Positions 25,574 through 37,469 of a DNA stretch of 64,000 bases are shown piece after piece; within the stretch, counting starts at the first letter, position 1, and every line of letters begins with the position of its first letter. The DNA is from Carcharhinus longimanus (taxonomy: Eukaryota): NCBI GenBank assembly GCA_030264375.1, contig JASCQW010000072.1:88936022-89000021 (forward strand), read 5' to 3'. The notes under the pieces were generated by a model. The model searched no databases. It was given only the letters and a program-made list of their open reading frames with translations, and was not told where the DNA came from. The translations under genes and the position numbers were made by a program.

Positions 25574-27490
25574 CTAACGATAGTTGACAGTTCGATCCCC
25601 GAGTTTCAGGAAGAGTGCCCCAAAAATGCACGAGACTTGGCTTCTCAGTGGTGAGCAAATCAGCTCATTGGCTGCCGAACCACACACAAAATGTGCAAGT
25701 CTCAAAATTCTCAATGATGAGCAATTTAGCTCATTACCTACAGAATAGCAGGCGCCAAAACTTGGAATAAACCAGGTGAAGAAAAGCAAGGAGCCAGGGA
25801 CCTCCTAGAAGGCAAAAACCTACCAGTTTCATCAGGAATGGGAAAGTGAATTTTTTTTAATGAATGTCAAAGACAAAACCCATTTGTCTCATTTATCAAC
25901 AGAGTGTAGCCTTGAGTAAAAGTAGTAATTTGGAACGGCATAAAAGACAACACATGCAGAATTTCAAGAAAATTTTCCTTTCAACGGCACAGTTTGGACG
26001 AAGAAAGTTAGGGAGTTAAAGCAAATTTTGAAAACCCAAAGGCCCCTTTTTTCAAAATCTGTGGCTAAAATCAAGGCTAGCAGAGGCATCTTTTCAAATT
26101 AGTCACCTGCTGGCGAAACATAAGAAATTATTCATCGATATTGAAGTGATCAAGGAATCCATGACGGCTGCTGCTGTCACCTTGTTCAAAGACTTTAAAA
26201 ACAAAGATGAAATAATGACAGCCATAAACAGCATGCCATTTGGCGCTTTAACAGTAGCCAGAAAGTAGAATTGTTGTTCAAGGATGTGTCTCAGTATGTA
26301 CACCAAGGCTTATCAGGCTGTGACTGTTTCTCACTGCAGTTTGATGAATCAGTGATCATGACAAATACGGAAGCCCAGTGATTGCTTTCGTTTGCATGGT
26401 ATTCAAAGACTCAACAACAAAGGAGGGCTTTCTCACTCAAAGATAGGACAAGAGGCGAGGAGGGTGTCTTCAACGAATTCAAAAGGTATGTGACCGAGAA
26501 AAACATTCCGATCAGGAAACTAGTTTCAATCATAACCGATGGTGCACCACCAATGCAGACTTTGTAGCACTTAACAGAAATGATCCTGAATTCCCCTTCT
26601 TTCACAATAGCAAACAAGGTTATTGACATTCCTCGTAATGAAAGCTGTTGTCAAGATTGCCAGCTCAATTCATGCCAGAGCTCTGTAACATCACTTGTTC
26701 AAATCGTTACTCAATAAGCTTGATGCCACCTCAGGTGAGTTAATCCTTTATGCAGATGTGAGGTGATTAAGTCAAGGAAAAGTCCTCCAGAAATGTTTTG
26801 ATCTGCTCTCTGAAATTGTCACCTTCTTGTTGCTGTCAGATGCATGGCTGCTAGACTCGGCATTTCTTATGAGTGTAAGTGCAAAATTGAATGAGTTGAA
26901 TCATGAACTCCAGGAAGGAACAGAAACTTGTCACACAAGATCAGTGCAGTGAATGCACTCAAGTTGAAACTGGGCCTTTGGTCCTCCTCGTTAAAGAACA
27001 AAATTACAGAGCACTTCTCAAATCTGGAGAAAATCTGACAGCAGGTCAAACAGAAAGGCTTCCATCCAAACAAATTCTGTAACCACCTAAACAACTTGGA
27101 AAATGAATTCAACGAATGAACTCAGGAGATAGGAAAGATGGAACAAATTTTTATGTTTGTCACAAATCCTTTCCTTCAAGTGGACATTGGAGAACTGATA
27201 GCAAAGTTTCAGCAGATGTTTGAACAAAGCAGTGTACTTGACCATGCAAAATGACAGAGTTGAAAGCTAGGTCAAGGGACAAAGACTTCTGGAGACTTGT
27301 AAACAGAGAGAAGCATCCTCTTCTGACATTCTGAGCGCTCTATATACTTCGGTTCTATATACCTCTTGTGAGATGGCTTTTTCTCAGACGAAAATCATCA
27401 AGTCCTAATATCACACACATCTCACAGATGCCCATGTGGTGGACTGTATGAGACTGGCCATCTCAAAGTAGAGCCCAGACTTCACCGCAC
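25574..27490 (+). mobile_element. Decayed hAT (Buster/Charlie, GTF2IRD2/ZBED5-like) DNA transposon; transposase pseudogene
   Basis: Frameshifted motifs in order: FHQEWESEFF...ICLI...NLERH, SLQFDES, SIITDGAP, VR*LSQGKVL, WLLDSAFL, FGSxYLCEMAFSQ.KIIKS; TIRs not identified. Confidence 0.88.
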
Positions 27491-27517
27491 TCAGATTGTG
27501 TGACACCAAACTAAGAA

Positions 27518-27825
27518 AAGGGCAGTTCAGAGCCAGGGTTCCGGGTTCAAAACCCGACTGGGGTCACTGGGGTCTGTGTGGTCTGCACATTCTCACCCCA
27601 CCCCATCTGCATGGGTTTCCGTCGGGTGCTCCAGTTTCCTCCCACACACCAAAGATGTGAAGGTTAGATAGACTGGCTATGCTAAATTGCTCTTTAGTGT
27701 CAGGGGGACTAGCTAGGGTAAATATATGGGGTTATGGGGATAGGGCCTGGGTGGGTTTGTGGTCGGTGCAGACTTGATGGGCTGAATGGCCTCCTTCTGC
27801 AATGTAGGGTTTCTATTATTCTATG
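27518..27825 (+). mobile_element. HE1-like SINE
   Basis: B box, V-domain and tail. Confidence 0.82.
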
Positions 27826-27959
27826 ATGAGTGTTATGCAGGGGGTACATTTTTGGGGATTTTAGTTAAGATTTTTTTTTTAAAGAGTAGGCCCTGTGCTG
27901 AATTTAGATCCTAAAAGTGACCTTATCCTTAAAAATCATGGAGGCCACTGCAATAGACA

Positions 27960-29210
27960 GACTAGCAACCGCAACCTACAGGTCAGTTCTAACTTCTGCA
28001 GCCTTTCCACATCCAGTCATGAACGAAGGTGGACAATGAAACAAATGAATGAAGGTGGTTCCACAAATATCCCCATCCTCAATGACAGAGGAGACCAGCA
28101 CGTCAGTGCAAAAGACAGGCCACAGTATTTCCAACCATCTACAGATCAACTTGCCGAGTGGATGATCCATTTCGCTTGCCTCCCAAGTTCCCTGGCATCA
28201 GAGATGTCAATCTTCAGGCAATCGTTCCATGTGGTATCAAGAAACATCTGACAGCACTGAATACAACAAAGGCTACGGGGATCTGGTAACAACCCAGCAG
28301 TGCTCCAGAGCTAAGGTAAAAGTAAAATACTGCAAATGTTGGAATCTGAAACAAAAACAGAAAATGCAAGAAAATCTCTCCAGGTCTAACAGCTTCTGCA
28401 TAGAGAGAGAAGTCAGAGCTCTGGTGCTCCAGAACTAGCTGTGCCCTCAGCCAAGATATTCCGGTACAGATACAAAACTAGCATCTACCCAATGTGAAAA
28501 TTGTTCAGGCATGCCCTGTCCTCAAAAAGGACGAAACCACTCTAGCCAATCAGCACCCCATCAGTCTACTCTTGATAAATAGCAAAGTGGTGGAAGGTAT
28601 TTTCAACAGTGCTATCAAGTGGCACTAAGGAACACAGAACTTCAGAGCAGGAATCAGCCATTCGGCCCTTTCAGCCTGCTCTGCCATTTATTAAGATCAT
28701 GGCCCGTTGTGGTCTCACCTTCACGTTCCTATCCATAACCCTTGACTCATTTGTGTATCAAAAATCTGTCTAGCTCTGCCTAAAATAAATTCAATGACCC
28801 AGCCATCACTGCTTTCTGGAATAGAGAATCTTACATACCAATGACCCTCAAAACAAACATCTCCTTATCTCTATCAAAAAAGATCTCTATTCTTAAACTG
28901 TATTCCCTTGCACAGTAGTAACCTGCTCACCGACACTCAGTCTGGGTTCCGCAAGGACCACTTGGCTCCTAACCTCATTACAGCCTTGGACTAAACATGG
29001 ACTAAAGAACTGAACTCCAGAGGTGAGGAGAGTGACTACCTTTGACATCAAGGCAGCATTTGATCAAGTGTAACAGCGAGGAGCTCTCACAAAATGAAGT
29101 GGACGGTAATCAGAGTGGAAAACCTTCCACTGGTTGGAGTCATACCTAGCACAAAGGAACATGGTTATGGTTGTTGACCAACCATCCCAGCCTGAGGACA
29201 TCATTGCAGA
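27960..29210 (+). mobile_element. Old CR1-clade LINE of a second family, with nested insertions (about 28318-28412 and 28625-28910)
   Basis: TNIPILND, PISLLLINSKVVEG, QSGFRKDHLAPNL and FDIKAAFDQV motifs; related fragments at 18560-20030 (-), 30840-31560 (-), 39790-40070 and 41410-42070 (+). Confidence 0.7.
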
Positions 29211-29639
29211 CACTCCTTTTTTCTTTAATTTAACCCCTCTAAAAATGAATCCTAAATTTTTGATTTCACTTATGATGGCCTTACCAAAGACCTTTTGAAA
29301 ATCCCAACGTGTTACATTTGCTGCATTACTCTTATCTAACCTTCTGTTCCTACTTTAAAGAATTCAATAAGGTTATTCAACCATGACCTTCCCTATTGAA
29401 ATCCTCGATTACTCTTTATATTTTTGGTTTCCAGATGTTTTTCTATTATATCTTTAAGCTAAGATTCCATTTATAATTCAGTCTTAGTTATGGCCAAAAT
29501 TTTAGTCTTCCCCCAAGTGGAAACAACTTCTCTACATTTACAATTTTCATAATCCTGAAAACATGTGGTTATTTGATGGCAGATTTGTACTGCAGTCATA
29601 TCTCCACAAGGAACTTCATTGGGATTGAATGAATGAGAA

Positions 29640-30005
29640 ACTTGTGAGCATCAAGATAGATTGTATTGAAGACAAAGAGGCAATTTGACCGAGGTGTTCA
29701 AAATCATGAGTGTTCCTGCTTGAAAAAGTATAGAGAATGAGCAGGCACAGGTTTAATGTAATTTGCAAAAGATATAAACGTGGTAAGAAAAATCTTTTTC
29801 ACATAATGAATGGTTCAGCTCTGGAATGCATTGCCTGGAAGTGTGGTGGAGGCAAGTTCAAATGAGGCTTTCAAGAAGACATCTGATGATAATTTAAATA
29901 GAAGCAATGTGCAGGGGAGAAGTTAGGAAAATGGCACTAAAGTCATAATGCTCAGAGTCCGGTGCAGACACATGGGCCGACTGGCCTCCTTCTGACCATA
30001 ATAAC
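29640..30005 (+). mobile_element. CR1 LINE 3' fragment
   Basis: RGNLTEVFKIM and LWNALPG motifs; typical tail. Confidence 0.7.
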
Positions 30006-32343
30006 TCAGTAATTCTGATTCATGTCTCTATTAGTGTTGACAGCAAGAGAGACATTCAACTAATCATTCACGGCTAGATTTGTACCAGGGTCTAGAGAAC
30101 CCAATTTATCATACAATTCAACCAAGCCAGTTTTCAGAAGAAAATACATATTCATGGATACCAAATTACCATACTGTCTGTAAATTTATGCAATACTTTT
30201 CAGGTTCCAACAACTTTTAAAAAAACTGTTTTCCTATATTTTGGCAAAACTATTCCTTCCCATCTTCCTCCTCTTCTGAGAGGCTTGACTTATTGGAGTA
30301 CGATTCCAGAGGTTCTGGTTTTTTTTCTATTGTTTGAACTTGATTCTGTGTCATCAATTTCCAGTTGAGGTCATTTATATCAATTTTGAGCTACTTTTTC
30401 ATTCCCAAAGATGCTGCAGCTGGTTCCAGTATCCATCATGGTTGAGATCAGTTAACTCCACAACGCTGAGAAATTGAACTAAGGACCTATTCACATGTGG
30501 CTCAGCTTCATACAACCAAGCCTTCAATCAAGATTTCTTTAGTATTACTCTTATCATATGCTGAGATCTCAGGGTTAAGTTTGAACCAATGGCCTTCTAA
30601 GTCCAACACAAGTTCTCCGTCGAGTCAAGCTTATCCTGTAGTAACCTTTTTCCCCCAACTGAAACACTACTTCCTTTAGTACCAAGATTTTCAATAAAAT
30701 TACTCTACAATGAATTAAATTGGGGGTAAAAGAATTGATTTGTAGTTTTTCCAATGCATTTTAGCTGAAGACAGCTCTTTTTTGCTAGCTAGATGTTATA
30801 CAGCAATCTCAATATGAACAAAGCAGCTGAAAATAAGATTTGTTTTTAGGGTGTATGCTATAAAGCCAATGGCAAATTACTGATCTGCCAGTTGCTCAAG
30901 ATAGATGGGTGAACCATCTGTTTGAACTGTCTTCTATAGTCTTGTGACAATGATCCCATTATGATGTCAGGTATAGCATTTCAAGATTTTCATACAGGAA
31001 CAATGGAAGAAGTGATATTTGTACAAATCACAATATTGAAAATAGAATTTGGGGGAGGGGTGGTGGTTGATGGTGATTATGTCCCAGTGACATTGGTGGC
31101 CCTGGTATTTCCAGTAATAGAGATCAGATAACTAGACAGTTGAAGTGAGCTTGGTAAATTGCTGCAATGCATCATCTACCTAATAGATGCCATAAGAACA
31201 GCATGCTGATGGTTGATATTCAGTGCAGCAGTAAGGTACAACCCAGAGCACTGTTGTCACAAATCCAAGCAAGTAGTGGATATGCTAAACTCAAGTGGTG
31301 ATAAAGCATTAAAAAAGTCACTCATCATAAAGAATCCTGCTTCAGTCCTGCTGTTATATCCAGTATCCCCGAAGATGTTGATGAAAGACTCTGCCATAGT
31401 GGTATTATTGAACATCATGGAGTAATTGTTGGGCCTTTTTTTGGTTTGACCCTGACTTTTATAGCATGATGACTGCCACTTATCAGTCCTAACTTAAATG
31501 CTTCATGGAAAGTTGCCTCGAGACATAGAGAAGATGTTGGAGGTGATTGAGGAAGGACCAGATTACAGCTGAGGAAGAGGTATTTTCACAAGTTTATTTA
31601 TTAGTGTCAACTTACATTAGCCCTGCAATGAAGTTACTGTGAAAACTGAAAGGGAGAGAAAAACGTGTTTGGCATCATGTTGGAGGTGGCAGTCTTAGGT
31701 GTTCCATCCTGACATCCTGGGAAAAAATCATTTATTTCTCCATGGTGAACCTGAGGTCTGAAATGCACGCAAACTCTCAATATTTAAAAATCAGAAATCA
31801 AACTACCAATAAGTCTGCACAAATACTGCCAGCTCCTGTGTCCTGCTGTGCAAAGTACAATCCTCCTGTGGGATTACACCTTTTACCAAAGTGCTCAAGC
31901 AGTTTGGCAAGGCCTACAGACCCAGAACTGTGCATACAAGTACACACAGAGTTTCACTTGCTAAAACTATTCAGCATATCAGGACAGGGCGCTTATAAAC
32001 TGCCTATCTATTTAGACAAGATTACTGCAAGCATTGGATAATGACAGCTATCCAAAGGAAAACAATATCATGCAATAGATAAGTGAACAAAACAAAAAAG
32101 AAATCTGATAACATCTTGCAAAGCCCATGGAATTTTTGAAAATTGCAACAGGGTACAATGGTATAAGTGGACCAGGATCATACACACATTATCTATAAAG
32201 TTTAAAAAAAGGATTACTGATCAATGCGCACTTACAGCATTTTCTATTTGTACATAAATATGGTTGACTGGCAATAAATAGTACAAAGAACCTAGCTCAT
32301 AGGTTCACTTTGTCTGTTTGATGCTAGAAAACAACACAAATTG

Positions 32344-32458
32344 CCAAGTCTCTTCATACAGAAAGCCCAGTAATAAGTACAGAAAGAAAAAAATATCTGT
32401 GACCAAGTCTTCTCATACAGAAAGACCTGTAATAAGGAGAGAGAGAAAAAAATCTGTG
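32344..32458. repeat. Tandem duplication, period 59 bp
   Basis: ccaagtctcttcatacagaaag...tctgtg occurs twice. Confidence 0.85.
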
Positions 32459-33399
32459 GTCATATATTTATCTTTACTGATAGCACCAAAATAAAATGCC
32501 AAGAGAAAAGGCTCTAAACTACAGACTCTTTTAAGTTACCATATCATGTTCTCCTAAAGTTAGTTTGTAACATAGGCTGTGTAAACATGGGCATGCTTGG
32601 GTCTGTATTTAGCTTCTAGCAGATGTTTTAATACATATTAGTCCTTGAATTTTTCATTTATTTGTAAATATAGACAGTAAAAAGTTTGGACAGTCCTTTG
32701 TGCTTCGATATAGTGATTTTGAAGGAAATATTATGTAACCGTTAAACTCATAATAATGGATTCAGATGAAAAACAAATGAAAATTAAACATGCAAAAATG
32801 TATACAACTTAGGTACAAGGCCAATTTTGGTGACGGAAGGATAATTGTCAAGACTTCACCTGACATTAAACACATTAATAATGTTATTAATAAATTATAC
32901 ATTCCAGTGTTGAGTTCAGTAACCAGGGTCCACTTTAATATCGTTTACAGTACCACCAAGTACAGTCATTTTTAAACGCAAAACGTAATTTACAAAGAAT
33001 ACAAATCCTGAAAAAGCACAAAGAATAAAGGCAGCAGAAATATAACACAGATCAACCAGCATCTACTGAAAAAAAGGGGCTAACATTTCGGATTCAGATC
33101 CCTTCATCCGAACAACCCTTTCACATGTTTACAGAACTCCCAAGTGTACATTGTTAACGTCTCCTGCTATTATTTCACTTCAACACATTAGCAGTGCCCA
33201 ACTCTGCAAGGGAGAATAGCCAGGCGAGCTCATTTAGACTCAATGTGGGTAACAGAGCACAAAACCATATGTCACGGTTGGACTGTTTTTCCTGACGACG
33301 TGGTAAAAGGTCAGGTAAGAAAAGCCGGATAATCCTTTCTATCAGGAAAACAAAAACAAATAACTATACAGTAAATGAGAACGGTCGATGGTCCCACAG

Positions 33400-34570
33400 C
33401 AACATCCGCTCAGCTCCTGCAGTAGATAGTTAGGGATGACAAATCTGAAAATGTACCGAGCAGCAAACAACAGAGAGAGAGGGAGAGGACAGAGAGGGAG
33501 GGAAGCCACTCTTAATTATCTAGCACAACAAACTAACTTCCAAACGGCGACTAAACTGCCAACTAGTCGACGTTTTGCCTGGCCAACACTTCTCCCCCTC
33601 CAAGCCACCCCATCACAAGTAAAACCTTGGCTGATCTGGGTAAAAGAAATAGGGCATACTGGGTAAAAAAAAATTACTAACCTCTTTTTTTCCAACAATT
33701 CCTCCCTTCGCCCACCATGCACCAGGAGCGGAAACCCAAGGGCGGCCGCTCCGGCTCCAACGCCGGCCCCTCACCCTGAATCCCAGCATCAGCCCGCCGG
33801 CCGGCCGGCCGGCACCGCCCCCTTCCCCACCTCCCACAGGCCAGTGCCTCCTGATTGACAGCGCGGTTCCGCCCTCTCAACACCATCTAGTCCCGCCTCC
33901 CCTCCTTCCATTGGCCAGTTCCTCCTGGTTGGCAGCACGGCTCCGCCCCAACCCACGTCCAATCCCGCCTCCCCCTCTTCCAATTGGTCAGTTACTCCTG
34001 ATTGACATCGAGGCTCCGCCCCCTCCCCAAGTCCCTTACCGCCTCCCTCTCTCCGCCTATTGGTCCGGAACCCGCCCGCACCTGCCAACCGTCGGTGCTT
34101 CCCATTGCTCAGTCTCCACGTCCATCAAATAGCGTCACTAGGATCGTCCCCGCCCCCTCCTCCCACCAACGTTTCCCATTGCTCAGCCCCCACGTCAATC
34201 AAAGAGCGTCACTGGAACCGTCCCCGCCGTCGGAAGCGAAGACATGGTGGTTGAGAATTATTCATCTTCCTGGGTACTTGCCGACGCCATTTTTTTTCTC
34301 TCTTAACGTTACAATGCTGGGAACGGTTGATTTTAATTGACATCGGTCATATTTAAAACCTCGGGGAGCCGTGTATGTGATTTCGAGGGGAAGATTTTAA
34401 AGGAAGGGCGAAGCCGGGGCAGCAAGGCGGATCTCGGACCGGGATCCGCGCGCCGATAAAAGGACGCCAGCGCTGCCGCTGACTGTGACGTCATGGATAG
34501 GCGCAGCGCCCCCTGCTGAGGTGTAGGCTGCACCGCGTCGCACCAGTTCCGCTCATTCAACAAAATGGAG
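33400..34570. promoter_or_regulatory. CpG island / ZNF143 promoter (possibly bidirectional)
   Basis: Only strongly GC- and CpG-rich unique region; multiple CCGCCC boxes, ATTGG at 33910 and 33983, TGATTGACAG at 33852-33861, YY1-like CGCCATTTT near 34286, CRE TGACGTCA at 34486-34493; no TATA box. Confidence 0.88.
33682..33760 (-). other. ZNF143: Inferred ZNF143 exon 1 (5' boundary approximate)
   Basis: Lies in the CpG island and ends GAG|gttagt; TCCTGGTGCATGGTGG...GGAATTGTTGGAAAA resembles, from memory, mammalian ZNF143 exon 1. An alternative donor AGG|gtgagg lies at 33775. Confidence 0.75.
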
Positions 34571-35129
34571 CAGTGCCAGTCTGGATAGAGCCTTTCCACT
34601 GGGGATATGCACAGCTACCATGGCTTTCAGTCAACCCTTCACGTTTCCTGATGAAAGCGTTTTCCATTCATCCCCAAGAGAATACCAGATCACTGATATA
34701 AACCATTTTATCTTTAAAAATTATAATGAATCAGAGCAATCCTCGAATTTATGGTTTTCTATATTTCCACTTCAAAAATGTCAAGGATGTAATAATAAAA
34801 AGATTAAAACTGATATAAAAAGGTTAAAACTAGTATAAAATCTGGGCGAAATTGTACTGTAAGGGTACTGGACTAGTAATCCGAACATAAAAACTTTACT
34901 ATGTTCAGAAGGTCAGTCAGTATATGTGAAGAAAAGCAGAGTGGGGGACACACCTCTGACTCAGTGAGAACCACTGTACCCATGGCTGACATGGCTTTAA
35001 ACGCACAAGTGTTGAATGGGGAATTTTCACAGTAACTTCATTGCAGGTTAATGTAAGCATTACTTGTGACTAATAAATAAATGGACTTTATAACAGATAG
35101 AGTAGATGGGGAAAATGCTCGGATTTTGG

Positions 35130-36262
35130 TACACTTTGTCCACTATTTGTGCTTGGTCTCCAACTGGGCCAATTGGAGATGTTCAAAATGGTCGAGACCT
35201 TCACAGAAACTTCTTGTCCAGTTTTGGCATCAAGGCATTGCCATAAACCACAGGGAATGTTGCATTATTTCAGAGGAAACATTTTAAGGACATCCTCAAT
35301 ACGTTTCAGGGAGGTATTGAGCATGCCCTTGAAGTATTTCCTCAGCCTTCTGGTGATCACTTACTATGACAAAGCTTGAATTAGAGAGATTGTTTTGGGA
35401 GTCTTGTATCAGCAACACAGACAATGTGACTCAATGAGAGAGCACACTGATATTGGAGCACCCATCCAGCCATTCAATTTGCAGGATTTTATGGAGGCAT
35501 CGCTGGTGATATTTCTCCAGCGTTTTAAGGTGTCAGCTCTTCCTTGTCCACATCTTTTGACACATACAAGAAGACAGGTAACACTGCAGCACTTGTAGAC
35601 CATAACTTTGGGGCCAGATTTGAGGGTTTTGTCATCACTCTTCTCCTCAGACAGCCAAAGACTGCACTGGAGACAGCCAAGTTTCATTGTTGATGTCAGT
35701 CCTCACTGAGTGAAACTCCCAAGGTATGAGAAATGATCAACATTGTCCAGTGGACCTTGATAGTTGGGGGCAATATTGCAGTGCAGGAGCAGGCTGGTAG
35801 AGGATCTTTGTCAAACGGATGTTTAGCCTAAGACTCATTCTTTCATATGCCATGAATGTGCTGATGGTAGTTTGGATCACAGCCTCTGAATGTGCATATG
35901 CAAGTGTCATCACTGCCCTGCTGTCCAGTTACTGAGATTGAGGGGATCTTGTCCTGGAATGGAGGCATTATGGATTGAATAGCCAAGTTTAAGGAGTTGA
36001 AAGCCTTTGTGATGTCAAAGAAAGCCTTGAATAAAGGTTGCTGCTTCTGTCTGCATTTTCACAGACTTGTATTGCTGTGAAAATGATGTCCACTGTGCCT
36101 TTGATGGACAAAATCCATATTATGACACCAGGAGGCGCTGTTCAGCCATGGGGAGAAGACAATTGAGAAGGTCTTTTGCAATGACCTTCCCTGTGGTGGA
36201 CAGCAGAAATATCCCTCGAGATGCCATAGTTGGACATGTCTCAATTTTTGAAGATTAAGGGT
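35130..36262 (-). mobile_element. RTE-clade (BovB-like) LINE, RT and C-terminal part
   Basis: Degenerate GIFLLSTTGKVIA, YGFCPSKGTVDIIFTA, KAFFDITKAF and LEKYHQRCLHKILQI motifs. Confidence 0.82.
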
Positions 36263-36289
36263 TGACTTTGCCATAAAAAAACAAACTGA

Positions 36290-37465
36290 TTGACCATCTC
36301 GGCAAGTCCCCTTTTGGGATTAATGATTCTCTCGTGTCCCTCTGGCTCACCCTAGTTCAGAAGGGGTGCATCATAGTCATCAGTATGCCGCCCCCAACTC
36401 TAGAAGCAACAGGTGAGGCCAAAAGGGCATTCCACTCCAAACTTGATCACATATTGTCCTGTATCCCGAAGGTGATTTCAATGCCAGAGTTGAGAGGGAC
36501 ACAAATCTCTTGAAAGGCACGATTGGCAAGAGAGGTGTAGGGAAAGTTAACACCAGTAGAGTTCTCCTGGCAAAATGCCTTGAACGCAGTCTGATCTTAA
36601 CAAATACACATTTTCATCAGAGAGACGGATGCAAGACCTCATGGCAACACTCTTCCAAACATTAGCAACTGCTTGAATACATCATTGTCCAAGTGAGGGA
36701 TTGCAAGAAAGTTAGTTTGTGCCATCCATGTCATAACAGCAGTTGATGACTGCAAGACTGGCCGTCACTGAATCCAGGTTACTCTCCCCATTAACCTAAG
36801 AACATAAGAAATAGGAGCAGGAGTAGGCCATCTAGCCCTTCGAGCCTGCCCCGCCATCCAATAAGATCATGGCNNNNNNNNNNNNNNNNNNNNNNNNNNN
36901 NNNNNNNNNNNNNNNNNNNNNNNNNNNNNNNNNNNNNNNNNNNNNNNNNNNNNNNNNNNNNNNNNNNNNNNNNCCAAAATCCAAGGGAAAGAAAGCAGGT
37001 CCAAAGACAAATGAATGTAGAGTTCCAACAAAAAACCTCTGACCAAAAAAAGAGATAGTGAGTGTAAACAGCGTAGGAAATACAACAACTCACCAACAGT
37101 CAAGACAGTGGATTCTTCATTGTAGTCAGTCAAGAGCACTTATGGCCCAGCACCTACCCTGTTGAGCTAAGAACAGTTACATTCACAAAGGACAGAGAAG
37201 CAACTGGCGCTTTTTGGAAGTGGCACTTTGAGGATCTCCTCAACATGAATGCTCTCGACCACATTCCACCGAATGCTGCCCCCCTACACTATCCCAGCCT
37301 GACATGAGCTTAAAAAAATTATGCGAGAGCCAACAAGTCTGCCAGTACAGAGGGAATCCCAGCTGAAATACTAACGTGTGTTAAGGAACTCTTGACAAGA
37401 ATACATGACCATATCTCTCTCATCTGGAAGGAGGAAAGCATGCCAGGGGATCTCTTGAGGCGCCA
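36290..37465 (+). mobile_element. RTE-clade LINE endonuclease/linker part, inverted relative to its RT part, with a CR1 tail and a gap inside
   Basis: PTLEATGEAK, GDFNARV, LTNTHF and IWKEESMPGDL motifs. Confidence 0.8.
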
Positions 37466-37469
37466 TATT

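Noticed and set aside
33789-34599. Several ORFs in the CpG island
   Set aside because: Expected by-product of high GC and tandem duplications; only the frame that splices into ZNF143 was kept
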